A stretch of DNA of 64,000 nt. It comes from Gordius albopunctatus (taxonomy: Eukaryota). The translations under genes and the position numbers were made by a program. The stretch is from positions 2,728,001-2,792,000 of the forward strand of contig OZ193909.1 in NCBI GenBank assembly GCA_964276515.1, read 5' to 3'. How positions within the stretch are numbered: position 1 is the first letter of the stretch; each line of letters begins with the position of its first letter. The notes under the pieces are model-generated. The model did no database searches, had not been told where the DNA came from, and was given only the letters and a program-made list of their open reading frames with translations. Positions 39,519-53,229 of the stretch are shown in pieces.

Positions 39519-40120
39519 CCCTCGAGAGTATTCCTGAAAATCCCGAAGGCGAGAGCATTCGTGGGGTATAACTTTACCCCACCTTTTAACTTCTTATAAC
39601 TTTCAAAGTAATCTTTTAAAACTTTTCAAATTTTAAACATGTGTTCATAAAGTTGTAGAGATTGATGGTATAAATGTTGATATGAATCTAATCAACATTA
39701 CAAAACTTATTAACAATTTTCTGGTCCCCTATTTTTATTTTGCTTATTTTAGAGCTTCCCCTCATTTTACCTCTTGACATCATATACCTTAAAATAAATC
39801 AAAACGTGATTTTTTATTAAAAGAATGTTCAAAATGTATTAAAAACACAAATTGTAAAAGACAAAAAAGTACATACATTTTTTCAAACAAAAAAAACTTA
39901 CGTAAGAGCATTCGTGGGGTAAACAGAACCCCACGAACCAAAAAAGCTTCTAAATTTTATAAAGTATTAAGCCAAAACCTATGAAATTTTCACCTAACCT
40001 AGTTCTTGATAAAATATTAAGCTACTGAAAAGACTAAATTCATTAGACTTAAATTGCGTTTTATATTTTAATTTATAATTTGCGTGGGGTCTCGAAATAC
40101 CCCACGAATACTCTCGCGGG
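39519..40120. mobile_element. piggyBac-type MITE, 602 bp
   Basis: TTAA on both sides (39515-18, 40121-24); TIR CCC(T/G)CGAGAGTATTC matches at 14/15; internal ATTCGTGGGGT direct and inverted repeats. Confidence 0.9.
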
Positions 40121-43100
40121 TTAAAAACGCTGTACGAACGTTATTTATTTAATAAATGTTTGAATTGATTTGGGATTGCTGCAAGGATCTAAAAGTCTAG
40201 TTGTAAATCAAAATAACCGTATTAATAATAATGTGGAAAACTACGAATGATTAAAAACATACTGTCATAAAAACTAGTCTATTGTCAAAGCTTGATGAGG
40301 ATTAAGGTGTGATAAGAAATAATTTGGCGGGGTTCTGACTTAAAATAGCAGAGCACGGATAAGTTTAAAAATTATAATTATTCCTTTTTTCCAAATAAAT
40401 TTCTTTGTATGAGTTTTTGTTCTGCCACTTTTGTTTTTAACTTTCATTTACATTTATGAGATTCAAAAGCCCCCCCCAGTAACAAAGTATGCAAATTTTG
40501 TTAAAATTTGAAAGTCAAAATTTTAAATTTTCTTCACTAAAAATGTGTCTCCCTATATTATAGTCTGAAGTGAGGCGGGCTTTGAACCCTGCCTGCGAGC
40601 TTCACAACTACAAGGGACATTGTTTTTAAAGATTAAACATATAATTAAAAAATGTCCCTTTTTAATTTTAAAAAATGTCAACGAACCTACAATTTTTTGG
40701 AATTAATTAAACAAGAAATTTAGATATTCAAATCAGGTGCAAACCATATATTATATCAAACCCCAAAAAAACAGTTTTTGAGTATTTATTTAAAAGAGGG
40801 GCTCAGTGTGATGTCAGTTCCGAAAAAAATATTGCAATGTTTGAAAGGGTTAAAAACCTTGAAGCATTTGAGTTTTTAATGATGGAAAGATAAGTAAAAC
40901 TTTTGGAGAGAGTAATTTTTAAAATTACAACAAATGTCATAGAATTCAAGTCTAGCGAGGTCAAAAAAACATATATTCTAAAGCATAAAAATATGTACTG
41001 TATAGCTTAAAATTTCAAATTTTTTATGCTAAAATTGCAAGAACTCCTTTATTTTAAAACTACTTAATTTATGGAGATTGAAGCTAAATTGTGCTTTACA
41101 TTGTATTGTTTTAAAGTTGTGCCACAATGGAGCTGTCGAAGTCAATGGGGGAGGGTTTGGAGGACATCTTATAAATTATGTTACTTTAAAATATGTAAAT
41201 GAATGGATTAAACGATAATAACCCTTACGGCTGTCCGGCCGGACAGAGAGATTAGTTTCGAGTGAGAACTCTAATACTCAAATAATTAATATAAAATATG
41301 TAAATTATTTATAATTTAAAGGGAAAGTACAAGATTTAAGGTATAAAAAGTGATGTTTTGATGTTTCGAGCACCCCGTTTTAACTTTTGAAAGTCATTAA
41401 TTATATGGCTGTTTACAGAATAACAACCAGTTTTAATAATTTCTTACCATAATCGTGCAAAAAACAGACATTGTTAAGGAGCATAAATCATTTAAATTCA
41501 AAAATACTTTTTTTAGTTCCTGAGCTAATACTTGAGGTAAGATATATCAAAACTACACTAAAACACAATTTTATTCCTACTCTATGCTAGGTCATAGAAT
41601 AAAATTAAAAGTTCTTTGCCTTATCTCATTTGATAAGTGCCAATACAATTTCGCAAACAATTTATTAAAGTCCATAACGTCAATCGCATAAGATTTAAAC
41701 AAATTTTTCCTCCTTGTGCAGACAGAATCCTTCTATTAAGATCGTTACTTTAATTTTAAATTATATTTATGGCATATTTTAGTTAACATATATCATGTAA
41801 AACTTTATAATTCATAGCTATTAATATTGTTCTTATACAATTTTACAACATTATACAATATTTTTTAAGCGTCTTTCTTTGATAGGATAACCACTAAGGG
41901 TATTTGTATGGTATTTGTTAAGCTAAAAGTGTGATTATATCTTAACGTTAAAAGATTAACTTTACATAAAAGAGTTAATCTATTATTAAAATCTAACCGA
42001 CATTATTTTAACATGTTAATCTGTAAGTAGGAGCTATTTAAAACGATATTAGTGACATAAGGGATACTAAAAGGATTAAACTATGATGCCTTGACTTATT
42101 AAATAAATTAAAACGACATATGTAAAAGCAAGTTTGTGATTTTTTGAACAAAAATTCTAAGTTTTTAATTATATCCCACAAAAGTACGAAGTTAATGACA
42201 AACTGGATAAACAACTACTTTGATTGGGACCACAATAATTATATATAAACTGAATGTTAATAAAATTGAATTGCTAGGCCATATGTACTATTAACTTAAT
42301 TAATTTCTTGCTATTTTATTTAGAAAAAATTGTTTCCAAATTTTTAATTTACTAATATAAGTCACTTAGTTAATTATAAAGCGCAAAACTTTCAATAAAT
42401 TAATATTTTTTACGATTATAAAAAATTATTATAAGGAAGATGATGAATTTTTTTAGAGTTTAGCCTTTAAAATACTCGATATTAAGTTTGAAACTCCCAA
42501 ATAAATTTAAAGGTAATTAACATATACGGAATATAGTTTTTTAATTGTATTCAAAAAAACTTTTAAAACAAGCCAAATTTCATATGCTGATAAGTTTTCA
42601 TTACTTTTTCCCTTTCCATGATAAACATTTGAATTTTGATCATTGCTATTTTTAGTAGAAAAAAAATTTTTTAATGCAAACACTTTGACAAATTAAATTT
42701 TTTTATGTTTTGCCCCCCTCTAATTGAAGTTTTAAACGTTTTGCCCCCCCCCCCTATCCTAAAAGTAGTTTCAGCTTAGCAAAAAGTCAGAATGCCTTAC
42801 ATTTTAAAACTGGGTTTACAAAAGGATTAACGGGAAATTTATAGTTTTTTAACATCATGAACGTTTTGATAAAACTTGTAGAATTATAGAGGAATACCAC
42901 CTGACTGCCTGTTTAGCTATAGCCATTTTTAAGAATTTAATTTCATTATATTCATCGGAAAATTTTATTTTAATGGAAAATTGAACAAAATTTATAAGTT
43001 TTTTATGTTTAGCTTGAAGGTGGATTATGTAGGAAGCTTCACAGACAAATATGTTAAGTTCTCTTTTTTCTAAACGTTTAGTCAAATATATGCAAACTTT

Positions 43101-43155
43101 ATTTCAGGATGCATTCATAGATTACACAATACATTTTTATCATAATTATATTTTG

Positions 43156-43850
43156 TTATGCGGTAAGACATATCGTTGAGAGGCATTTTTGTGACAATGT
43201 TTGAAGATATCGTTGAAAATGTTGGCGGTGATGGTTATCGTTGTTAGATTTTGAGGTATCGATTGATTTGGACGGGAAAAGTTTTTGATAGAGTCGATTT
43301 TCGAGATCGGTTATGTGTTTGACGGCTTGTCGCAATATATCAAGCTGAATGAAGGAATAAAAATAATAATTATTAAACATGTCTAATGAAATTACTAATA
43401 TTGTAGATAACTTTTTTTAGTATAAATATATAAACAAAATGGAAAATATTTGTTTACCTCATTGACTCTTTTCTTGGGGATTTGCGTGGTCGATGGAATA
43501 ACGCTTCTAAGTCGGAGAAATTCGCGTTCTTGTCTGATTTTTTTCATGCGTCTCCTCCTTTTTTCGCTGTAAAAGGTGGAGGTGGAATTGGACGCCGGTT
43601 GCAGAGATTTAAATCGATATGACATCGGGTGAGGATGGACGGCACAAGTGGGTCTTTTGTTCAGTTTGGAAAATGGATTTGGGATATTTACAGAGGAGAT
43701 GTTATTGGAAAAATCTGTTTTTGGACAACTTTCCAAGCTGGAAAATGTATTAATGTATAGACTTTCGTTGATATCCTTAAAACCGGTATAATCACTAAAA
43801 CGGGGTAAGCACACACCATCCATATCTACGTCTCTATGGCTAGAATCCAT
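43156..43850 (-). CDS. bHLH-domain transcription factor, atypical basic region, 2 exons, ~193 aa
   Basis: Exons 43850-43458 and 43344-43156 with a phase-0 GT-AG intron of 113 nt. Spliced domain: EKRRRRMKKIRQEREFLRLRSVIP..KKRVNE|LDILRQAVKHITDLENRL. Confidence 0.85.
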
Positions 43851-46728
43851 ATATTCAGAATTTAGAGTAGAAAGGTTAGGATTATAAAATGAAGAAAAAC
43901 GTGTTATGTAAAATGAGTGAGGAATGCTGCACTTATATACTAAGGGGAGTGCCGCAGGTATGGGATAGTAGATTATTGTTTTTTATTATAGACTCTCCGA
44001 AGGGGCGGTCATCGTTTGTTTTTACACCTGAGACTATCGAGGAGAGAGGGGGTGAGGTGTACGAGGGCGTTAGAGGAGATTAAAGATGAGAAAAATTTTC
44101 ACAGGTATTATTACTACTACTATGTGTATGTATGTATGTATGGTATGGGTGAATCAATAAATGTTACACACGTATAAATCACTTTCACGTACCACAAACA
44201 GATTTATAATAAGCTCTGATGGGGGCCAATATGGGTGGGGACGTAGAACCTAGGGCCTCCTATGCCATGGCACTATAATAAGATACAGATGGCTCAGATG
44301 GATATTGATGATAAGGAACTATAAATAATGACAGGAGCTATAGGCTTATAGAGTAATGAGGTGGGGGGCGGGGGGGGGGGGGAAATTTTCTCATAGCATT
44401 TATACATACAACGACGCCTGCTGCTGAATGTATCTTACACACAAACACAACGCAATCCCCTCCCTATAGGTGCGCACATATGTCGTTTTTTTTATTAGGC
44501 CTTTCCCACGCGCGTAATTGTCGGGGACAAACCTCGTTGGTTCACAACGTCCTTATTACTGCCCTTCGGGGGGTCTCACTCACGTTCAATACTATGATAT
44601 TGTTGTGTTAATACTGAAATACCTATTAAAATAGTTTTGAGGACTGAGGAGCCCTGTTTTCGTCATAATGTCCCACAGCCTATACCATTGTTATTACCTG
44701 TTGTTGTGACAATTAACTCGTTAATTGAATTTCTACGAAATGATCCTGCTGCTGCTGCTGGAAATTAGATCGAGAGAGAGAGACCATTTGTTTTGAAACT
44801 TAAATATTAATTGTTTTCCCATAGATACTTACAACGCCATAAATTCGAGTGTGTAAGCAAATGAGGGGTAGGGTAGTGGACTATTCTCAAGTTTAATGCT
44901 AATATGATACGATAATTAGGCAATGGAGTCCCGCACTTATAAAAAAAACTATTAAAACAATCATTTCCGTTTCTTAGAATTGAAACCCTAGTTTCAAGGC
45001 TAACATCACAATTAAGAGCGACAAATGGTTTGCCTAAAAACCCCTGATTTCCCACGAGATTAAAATGTTGTAAGGTCGCAAACAGGTGGATTTAGTGCCA
45101 AAAAGTGACACCTGCACGTTAACAAATATCAAAGTCTTTGGGTTAAGTCATATAAATTATGTCGATAAATATGACTCCTCTGCATATCTTTTTGGCATAC
45201 AACTTTTGCAACTGGGGGGGGGGGGGGGGGCTAAAGAAGACTAGGTTAAACTGCAATTTCATCTACCAAGATGCGCGTCGTCAGGCATATCTTAAACTTA
45301 GGTGTATAAGAAAGGTGAACATTGGTGAGACGCTAAATTTCGGAGAATTTAATATCGTGGGAAAACACATGGCTCACCTCTCCTATCTCTACTAGTCTCA
45401 CGCCCTATAAAATAGATCATACACATGGACTTTTGTTACTTCCCATTAAGGTAAGGTGATAATATCGGAAGACGCACTAAAGGGGGGGGGGCGTGTGAAA
45501 TAACTTTGGCGCCACTTTGTAAAACAATGCTGGGACTAAAGGTAATAAATCTTGCTTGCTCTTTGGCTAGAAATAATGAATTCTAGAGATACCGAAATAG
45601 GGTAAAAAATATATAACGATCCCCGTCGGGTATAAAAGATATGGAAATAAAGCAAAAGATATTAAAGTGGGTAAAGTTGGAATAAGTAGATTTTTTGTGG
45701 CTAATTTATTATATGTTAACCCCTGATTTGGAAGTTATTCACGGATATACCAAAATATAAATTCGCTCATCAAAAACTTAACAAATTAATGTAATAATTT
45801 TTTCGGTATGATCAAAACAGATCAATATGAAAGGAGTCACCTTGCAAAAATGTTATAAATTAATCATAAATATAACATTTACCTTTAACAAAACTCTTTG
45901 AAGGTATGATATTGTCGTTCAATTGATTAAGTTTGTATCACAAAGATGGAAAAAATATTTAAAATTTGGATATATACGCAGGTTAAATTGAATTTGAGTC
46001 AAAAAATAGTTTAATAAGTTAAATATGAAATATTTTCTTAACACTCTATGAAAACATTTTGCGAGGTGAATTTTTATAGCTGAAACTGCGCAAATAAATT
46101 ATTTATAAGATTACAAGTAGTGAAATCGAGTCAAAATACACTGGAGTTTTTATGAAACTATTTGATTTATCATTTTCTTCCAACTTTCAAATAGATTTTG
46201 ATGTTTTATGTGTTTACATGGATGTACCCAGTGGGGTAAGGGGCGCGGCTGCCCCCCCCCCCTAATTTAAAAAAAAAATCAAATTTTAATACAAATACCC
46301 TAAAAAATTATGTTTTGCCCCCCCCCCCCCCTATTTCAACTTAACTCAAATTAATACAGTACGTAAAATGAAATTTAAATTACGGTCGCAGGAAAATGTT
46401 TGGATAGTTGAGACCTTTTATTTTCCTCGCAGGAAAATTTTTGGATAGTCAAGGAAAATTTTTTTAATAAGTGTTTAATAAATTAGTTGAGGTTATATAA
46501 GGGACCGCGGTATAATCTGCCATAAATAATTAAACTGTGCTTGAGCAAAACGGGAAAATTTTTGTGCAATTATTTGTACCATTATTTTTATCGTTTTTTT
46601 TTATTATAGGAAAAAAAATGATGGAGTAAGTTTAAAAAAATCAAAATTATTTTAGAAATTTAAAAAATATTATTTCATAAATACAACATTAACCATCGAG
46701 ATAAAGTGTCCATCATTCAAATCCTGCT

Positions 46729-46891
46729 CATAGGCGTAGCCAGGGGGAGGCAAGGAGGGGCGACTGCCCCCCTCTTAATCCAAAAAATCTTTAAAAATTC
46801 ATATAATGATGTCTAAATTTCAAAAAATTATCATTTTTTCCTCCCTAGATCATTGTTGCCTCCTCTGATTCAAACCCTGGTAACGCCCATG
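46729..46891. mobile_element. hAT-type MITE
   Basis: CATAGGCGTAGCCAGG ... CCTGGTAACGCCCATG; TSD ATCCTGCT/ATTCTGCT (7/8). Confidence 0.9.
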
Positions 46892-47429
46892 ATTCTGCTG
46901 AAGGGGTTAAATTAACCCCACCAATTGAACGCCACCTCAATGTTTTATTAAGAATTTGCCACAAAATGATATAAAAGGAGCGGAGCTACTATTAATAGGT
47001 AGTTTAAAAAGTATTTATTTTTATGTTAAACTTAAATTAGCTATAATCTATACCAATCATTATATATAACCTAAAGATCAAGCTTTCCATTTTTTAGGAA
47101 AAAATTATTAAAGCCATAATTACTGGGATCCCTTAACATTTCCGCTAAAAAATAAAGGAGGCAAATCTGTGCAAATTTCATCCTTAAAGGGTAAAATAAT
47201 TACGCTTAAACAAATGTCGGTGGGCATTGAACATTTAACAGATGCCATGGTCATAGTATTATTTAAGCAGGGGTAGTGTTTCAAGGTTATGTTAAAAATG
47301 CCATGACAAATTTTACTATAATTTTCACAATATGTTTTAACATTTAGGGTAATACATTGTAAATGATCAGGTTTTAAATTATGACACTTTAAACTCTTTA
47401 TGATACAAGATTTATTATGTATATATGTA

Positions 47430-47596
47430 AATGGGCGTAGCCAAGGGGGGGGGGGGGGGGTGAGGCCCCTCCCCTTCTAAATCCAAAAATTTGTTGAAAT
47501 TTTTAAAATTATGGCTAAAATTTAAAAAAAAAGATCATTCTGCCCCTCCCAAAATCATTATTGCCCCCTCTAATTCCAATACTGGCTATATCCATG
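47430..47596. mobile_element. hAT-type MITE (further degenerate copies at ~28740-28890, 42660-42770, 46217-46340, 47640-47840)
   Basis: ATGGGCGTAGCCA ... TGGCTATATCCATG with the family's internal sequence. Confidence 0.85.
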
Positions 47597-49142
47597 TATT
47601 ATATGTATAAACTTGTCAATATTTTATTTTTATGGTTTACAGATATTGCTCGAAGTAGAATTTAAGTTAAGGGGAGGCACAATTCCTTAAAGATGGGCAA
47701 ATTAATAAGTTTTCAAAATGTTGACCATGACTTTATTAAAAATTAGATTTTTTGAATCAAGGGGGGGGGGGGGGTGGGGGGAATAGGCAGCTGCCAGATG
47801 ATCGAGGGTTTCTTTTGCCCTTCAATTGGCCACACCCATGTTTACGGAGCAATCTTCAATTTTGGAGTAAAATTTTAACATAATTACCCTACTTAAGTTT
47901 AAGTTGTTTTTATATAGTCAAATAACAAGAGTCACCACAACTGTCCTTTTGTCGTTTAAAGGAATTATTTTCAATTTTAAATGTCTTTTTAATTGTTATA
48001 TTTATTATTATTACATATAATATCTAGGTCTCCTTAGATGGCACAGTCCCAATTATAAGTAAACATGCGTTGTCATCATCTCTACTAGTGGTGTCCACTT
48101 AAGGTAAAAAACACCAAATGGCACGTATAATTACAGAAGAGGTGAGATGTTATCTATATTTTTCCACAATTTATATGTAAACAATGCGATTAAATAATTG
48201 TTTCGAGTTAATAACAAGGCCGATCACTTGAGAAAACCCTAGGCATCTCATCTTCTTTTTGATGTACATAACAAGTCCAAACACACCCCCCCCCCCTCCG
48301 CTAGCCCCGCAACCTAAAATTAATTTATCAAAATTGAAAAAAATGGGTAAAAAACGCACTAATTTTAACATCAAAGACAAACGTTTGACGGATGTATACT
48401 TTGATCGGGGCGTGCGTTTCAGGTGTAAATAGACTCTTAGTAGTGCTTTTGTTTTCCTTGAGGTGTTTGTCTAATAATATAATTTAGTCTTATGTCGTGA
48501 AAATCATGGGCCTCCTCACTTATTTATAACTAGAATAGCGAGTGATGAATAGTAATGAATCATACACTTTTCTCACGACCCTACGACTAATTTATTTGCA
48601 CCTGTCAATTGTCACAGGCTGATATAAGAGGGTAGAGGCGTTGTCATTATTTGGTAGAGGGGTGAGAGAGAATAATGAGCAAAATGTTGATTTATTAAAA
48701 ATTTAAGCAAAATAGTTGTTTTGGGTGATTGATTGAAAGGCAATTGATTCCACTACCCACTATGCTAATGTTAAAGCTCTCAAAATTACATCCATTATGT
48801 AATGGTCAAACTTTAAATTTTGTTCATATTATAAGGAGAATGCGATGTTTATGTCAACTCTAAAGCATATTAATTATTTATTTCTCTAAATTATTGTATT
48901 TTAAGGGTGAAAAAATAACTTAAGACATAGTCCCTTCCTACAAAATCCATTGACTATTTTAAATAATGCTAAATTAATATTCTAGCTATTCTTGAAGGCA
49001 AAAAGAACGATAAACATATCAAAGTCAAGAAAAGTCTTAAAAATCTATCAATTTTTCTTTTTTTTTCAGCAGATGGATTAAAAAGCCCTTTGAAAAATTT
49101 GTAAAATTATTTTTTACTGTAAAAATACTGCTGTGTTATTCC

Positions 49143-49270
49143 TACTCCGTGATGATATATTAGAATAGTGTATTATTTTATTTGATGCATTTTGTCTTTT
49201 ATATTTTATGTATTTATAATATATTACTGTCAATGGATTTTTAACAAATAAACTTTTTAATAAAAAAATA
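49143..49270 (+). mobile_element. Extremely 5'-truncated CRE-like insertion (3' UTR + A tail) flanked by a ~125-bp duplication
   Basis: Collinear with 38705-38832; flanking direct repeats at 49016-49142 and 49274-49395. Confidence 0.85.
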
Positions 49271-49794
49271 TATATATCAAAGTCAAGAAAAGTCTTAAAA
49301 TTCTATGATTTTTTTGTGAGTAGGTGGATTAAAAAACCCTATGAAAATTGTCTAAAATTATTTTTTTACCATCTAAATGTCTGCTCTGTTATTCCGAGTT
49401 ATGTTAACAAAATCTAAATATAATAATTAGACGCGAGCTTTAATATATGGTTTACTTCAATTATTTTATTTATATTGACCCTTGTCTATTATAATATAAC
49501 TGACCTGAATTGCAAATCTTATTCTAGTATTTAAATAGATTATAGTAGCTGTTACAACTTTAGAAATAATATAAGTAAATACTTCAAAAGGTTTTTTGTT
49601 TGAACTATTAAAAATATATATTATAAAGTTAAATTATTAGCTTTAAATGATTAACCGAATAAATTATAACGAGTGAAAAATTTTTTATTTCAAACTAATC
49701 CTAATTGTAAATACGTGTAATAACAATCCAATGCATTTTATATTAAGATGATTAAATAATTTTTAAAAATATATTTCTCAAAATTTTATTTAAA

Positions 49795-49918
49795 AAATCG
49801 GGCTCGGGTCGGGCCAAAAATAAAAAAATCTTTCGGGCCGGGCTCGGGCAAAATAAAAATTGAGATGTTGGGCTCAGGCCGGGCTCGGGCAGAAGAAATT
49901 TCATTTTTCAGGGCTCTA
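49795..49918. mobile_element. hAT terminal fragment with GGGCTCGGGC repeats
   Basis: Subterminal repeats ending TCAGGGCTCTA. Confidence 0.6.
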
Positions 49919-52900
49919 CTTGTAGTGGTGGTTGAGCTTGTGTACTCTCGTGATCCAAGAAGCTATACCTTTGGTAGCTACACACAATTTTTGTGTTTGT
50001 TACTGGTGGGGTCACTCTATTGGCAAGGTTCTTGATGAAATGTCAGACTAAAATTTCTAGGCTTTTGAGGGTGTACTAGTGAAATGGAAGTGCTAGATTA
50101 AGCCTATCGATATGAGTCGGTTTAAACAAAAGTTTAATTCACCAAGATGCCCAGGCATCATTAAAAATAGTAGGTAGTCAAGAGTCCAAATCTAACATAG
50201 TTCCGTCAGGCCTGGAAGGCCGGGATATAAATACTCCCTCATTCCATATAAACCAAAATGTATACTATGAAAGTTCGTAATAATGAAAGCAATGAAAGCG
50301 CTAGGGAGTCCTCCGTAGTATCATGTGAAAAGTCAACGAGGGTCACTAAATCTTCCGCAAGCGGATGTAGTTAAAGAAACTAGTTTGCTAAGGACGAGAT
50401 TGAGAGTTGGCTCGCTTGCGAAATGCCGAGAAGTTGCTGACTCCCTCAGCAAGCGACGTGTCGATATAGCGTGTATACAGGAAACAAGATGGAAAGGCGC
50501 AAAAGCAAGGATGATAGGTGAAGACTATAAACTTTACTTCAATGGCCTAGAAACGAATAAAAATGGCGTGGCAATCATATTAGCTTCCCATCTGCAAGAT
50601 AAAGTCATTGAGGTACAAAGTAAAAGTGGGCGACTCATGATGTTGAAACTATGCATAGAAGGTCAAATGATTAATGTAGTTTCCGGATATGCTCCGCAAA
50701 CAGGATGCACAGATGAAGAAAAGGAGGATTTTAGGGAAGAATTTTAGACGAAACGCTGCGAATGATACCCAGAGCTGAGATGGTTATAATTTGAGCGCAT
50801 ATGAATGGTCACGTAGGCAAAACAAGAGAAGGATTTGAACGGTACCATGGTGGAAATGGATACGGAGCGAGAAACGATGAAGGCGACGAAATATTCAAAA
50901 TATCCGTAGCATTTGATTTGGCCATCACAAATACCTTCTTAAAAAAGAATGTAAATCACCTAATAACGTATAAAAGTGGAAATAGATCTTCCCAGATTGA
51001 CTTCCTCCTAATATCAAGAAAGGAATTAAAGAATGTACGAGATTGTAAGGTGATACCAGATGAAGCTATTGCAGCCCAGCAAAGACTTGTTGTGATGAAC
51101 CATACCATCTCCAAGGCTAAAACACAAAAGCCGAATAGATTAAATGGGAAAATCAAATGGTTCCGACTAACAAAATTAAAAGATATTTACAATGACCAAA
51201 TAGTTGAAAGGCTGCAAATAGATGATAAGCAGAATGCTAACGATATGTGGAATAACATAGCTAACACTCTACGATCAGTAGCGAGATGTGTTCTAGGATA
51301 AGGTAAACCAGGTATATAAAAAGATAAGGAGAAATGGTGGTGGAACGAAGACGTGCAACGCCTGGTCAAGTTGAAAAGAAAGCATTACAAATCAAGGTCA
51401 GGCAACATAAATGAATAAATACGATTGGCATACGCGAAAGCTAAGAACGAGGCAAAACGTTGAGTAGCCAAGGCTAAAACATAGGTCTACGATAATTTGA
51501 ATGCCAAGTTAACCAGTAAAGAAGGGGAAAGAATGATCTACAAAATCGCAAAGACAAGAGCAAGGAACTCAAAGGATGTGGTAAACGTGAAATCTATAAA
51601 GAGCAAGGAAAGCATCAGTCTAACTCTGGACCATCAAATCATAGATCGTTGGCAAGAATACTATAAAGAATTATTAAACAGTGAAAATGTGTTTTCTGAC
51701 CACTGCGAAAGCAAGACCCCCAGAGTTAGGAGTGGCAGAGGAAGAGGTTGACCAGGTGCTTAAAAAGATGACCATGGGTAGAGCGGTGGGACCTTATAAT
51801 ATACCTATGGACCTTAGGTGTGCATCTACTTGCAAAGCTGTTTAACAAAATACTTGCAAGTGGTATGATGCCTGATGAGTGGAGGGAAAGCTATGTTATA
51901 GCTAGCTATAAATTGAAGGGAGATGTACAAGAATGCAACAATTATTGAGGGATAAAGTTAAGGAGTCACGTAATGAAGGTGTGGGAAAAGGTTAAAGAAG
52001 CTAGACTCCGAAAAATAATATCAATAGATGAACGAAAATTTGGGTTCATGCCTGGAAAGTCTACTTCAGAAGCAATACATGGTCTTAGGAGATTTATGGA
52101 ATTATATAAGGAAAAACAAAAGGATCTTCATATGTGTTTCATCGATCTTGAGAAAGCTTTCGATAAAGTGGCAGTTGATATGGGATAGCCTGAGTTTTAA
52201 AGGTGTACCAGACGCTAATATAATGTTAATAAAGGATATGTATAGAAACGCAAAAACCAAAGTTCGGACATCGAGTTGTACATCAAAGTGATTCAGTCTA
52301 AATGTCGGTCTGCATCAAGGATAGGCCCTAAGTCCATTGCTCTTCATAACAATAATGGATTTGATAACGAAGAACCTGAAACGCAAATCACCTTAGGCAA
52401 TGCTCTTTGCGGATGATATCGTCTTTTGCGCAGGCTCAAACGTGGAATTAGCAGAGCAGGTAAAAGTGTGGATGGAACGAATTCAAAGCAAAGGCCTTAG
52501 GGTCAACCGAGATAAAACTGAATATGTATGCTTGGAGTCGGGGAATAAATACAAAGAAACACACCTGCAAATCGATTACTGGTGTTTAAGCAACAGGAAA
52601 GAATTGCAATATCTTGGTTCTAGGGTACAATGTGATGGAGGTGTGGAAAACAAAATTAAGGCAAGAATAAACGCAGGCTAACTAAAATTTAGGGAGTTGA
52701 GTGGTGTCCTATGTGACAAGCACATACAACTCAAATTGAAAGGACGGTTATATAAAACCGTTATTGTACCCACCGTATTGTATGGAGCGGAAACCTGGGT
52801 AATTAGGGCAAAAGAGGAGCAAAGCTTGGCTACAATGGAGATGCGAATGATAAGATGGATCTTGGGAATAAGCAAAAAGGACCATATAAGGAATCAAGAC

Positions 52901-52924
52901 ATAAGGAATAAACTTAATGTAGTT
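49919..52924 (+). mobile_element. RTE LINE (family C), decayed, 3' end interrupted
   Basis: Structured 5' leader shared with 31930; APE (IACIQETRWKG, SQIDFLL, DCKVIP) and RT (FIDLEKAFD, LFADD, LYGAETW) in broken ORFs. Confidence 0.92.
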
Positions 52925-53060
52925 TAGAGGCCTGCACGGGTCCCCCGAAACCCGAACGGGTTAAAAATTTTAAAACGCTTTTGGGTCGGGTTGGGGTTAA
53001 AAATTTTAGAATGCATTTGGGTCGGGTCGGGTTGGATTTATAGAGTCGGGTCAAAGGATA
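52925..53060. mobile_element. hAT terminal fragment (TAGAGGCCTGCACGGG, GGGTCGGGT repeats)
   Basis: Terminus resembles TAGAGATCTGCACGGG of the intact hAT; it truncates the RTE. Confidence 0.7.
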
Positions 53061-53229
53061 TGAATCTTACATTACAAAATGAACTAAACGTATTTGTTAA
53101 ATTAATGCTATTATCTATAATTTTTGTAAAACAATATCGAATTGTATAACTAATTATAATCATTCATTCATATAACCAATTTCCTTTTCTATTTTTTTAA
53201 TTCTTTTAATTTGGAGGCAAATTTAAATT

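Noticed and set aside
40570..40600. tRNA gene
   Set aside because: Only a B-box-like motif; no cloverleaf.
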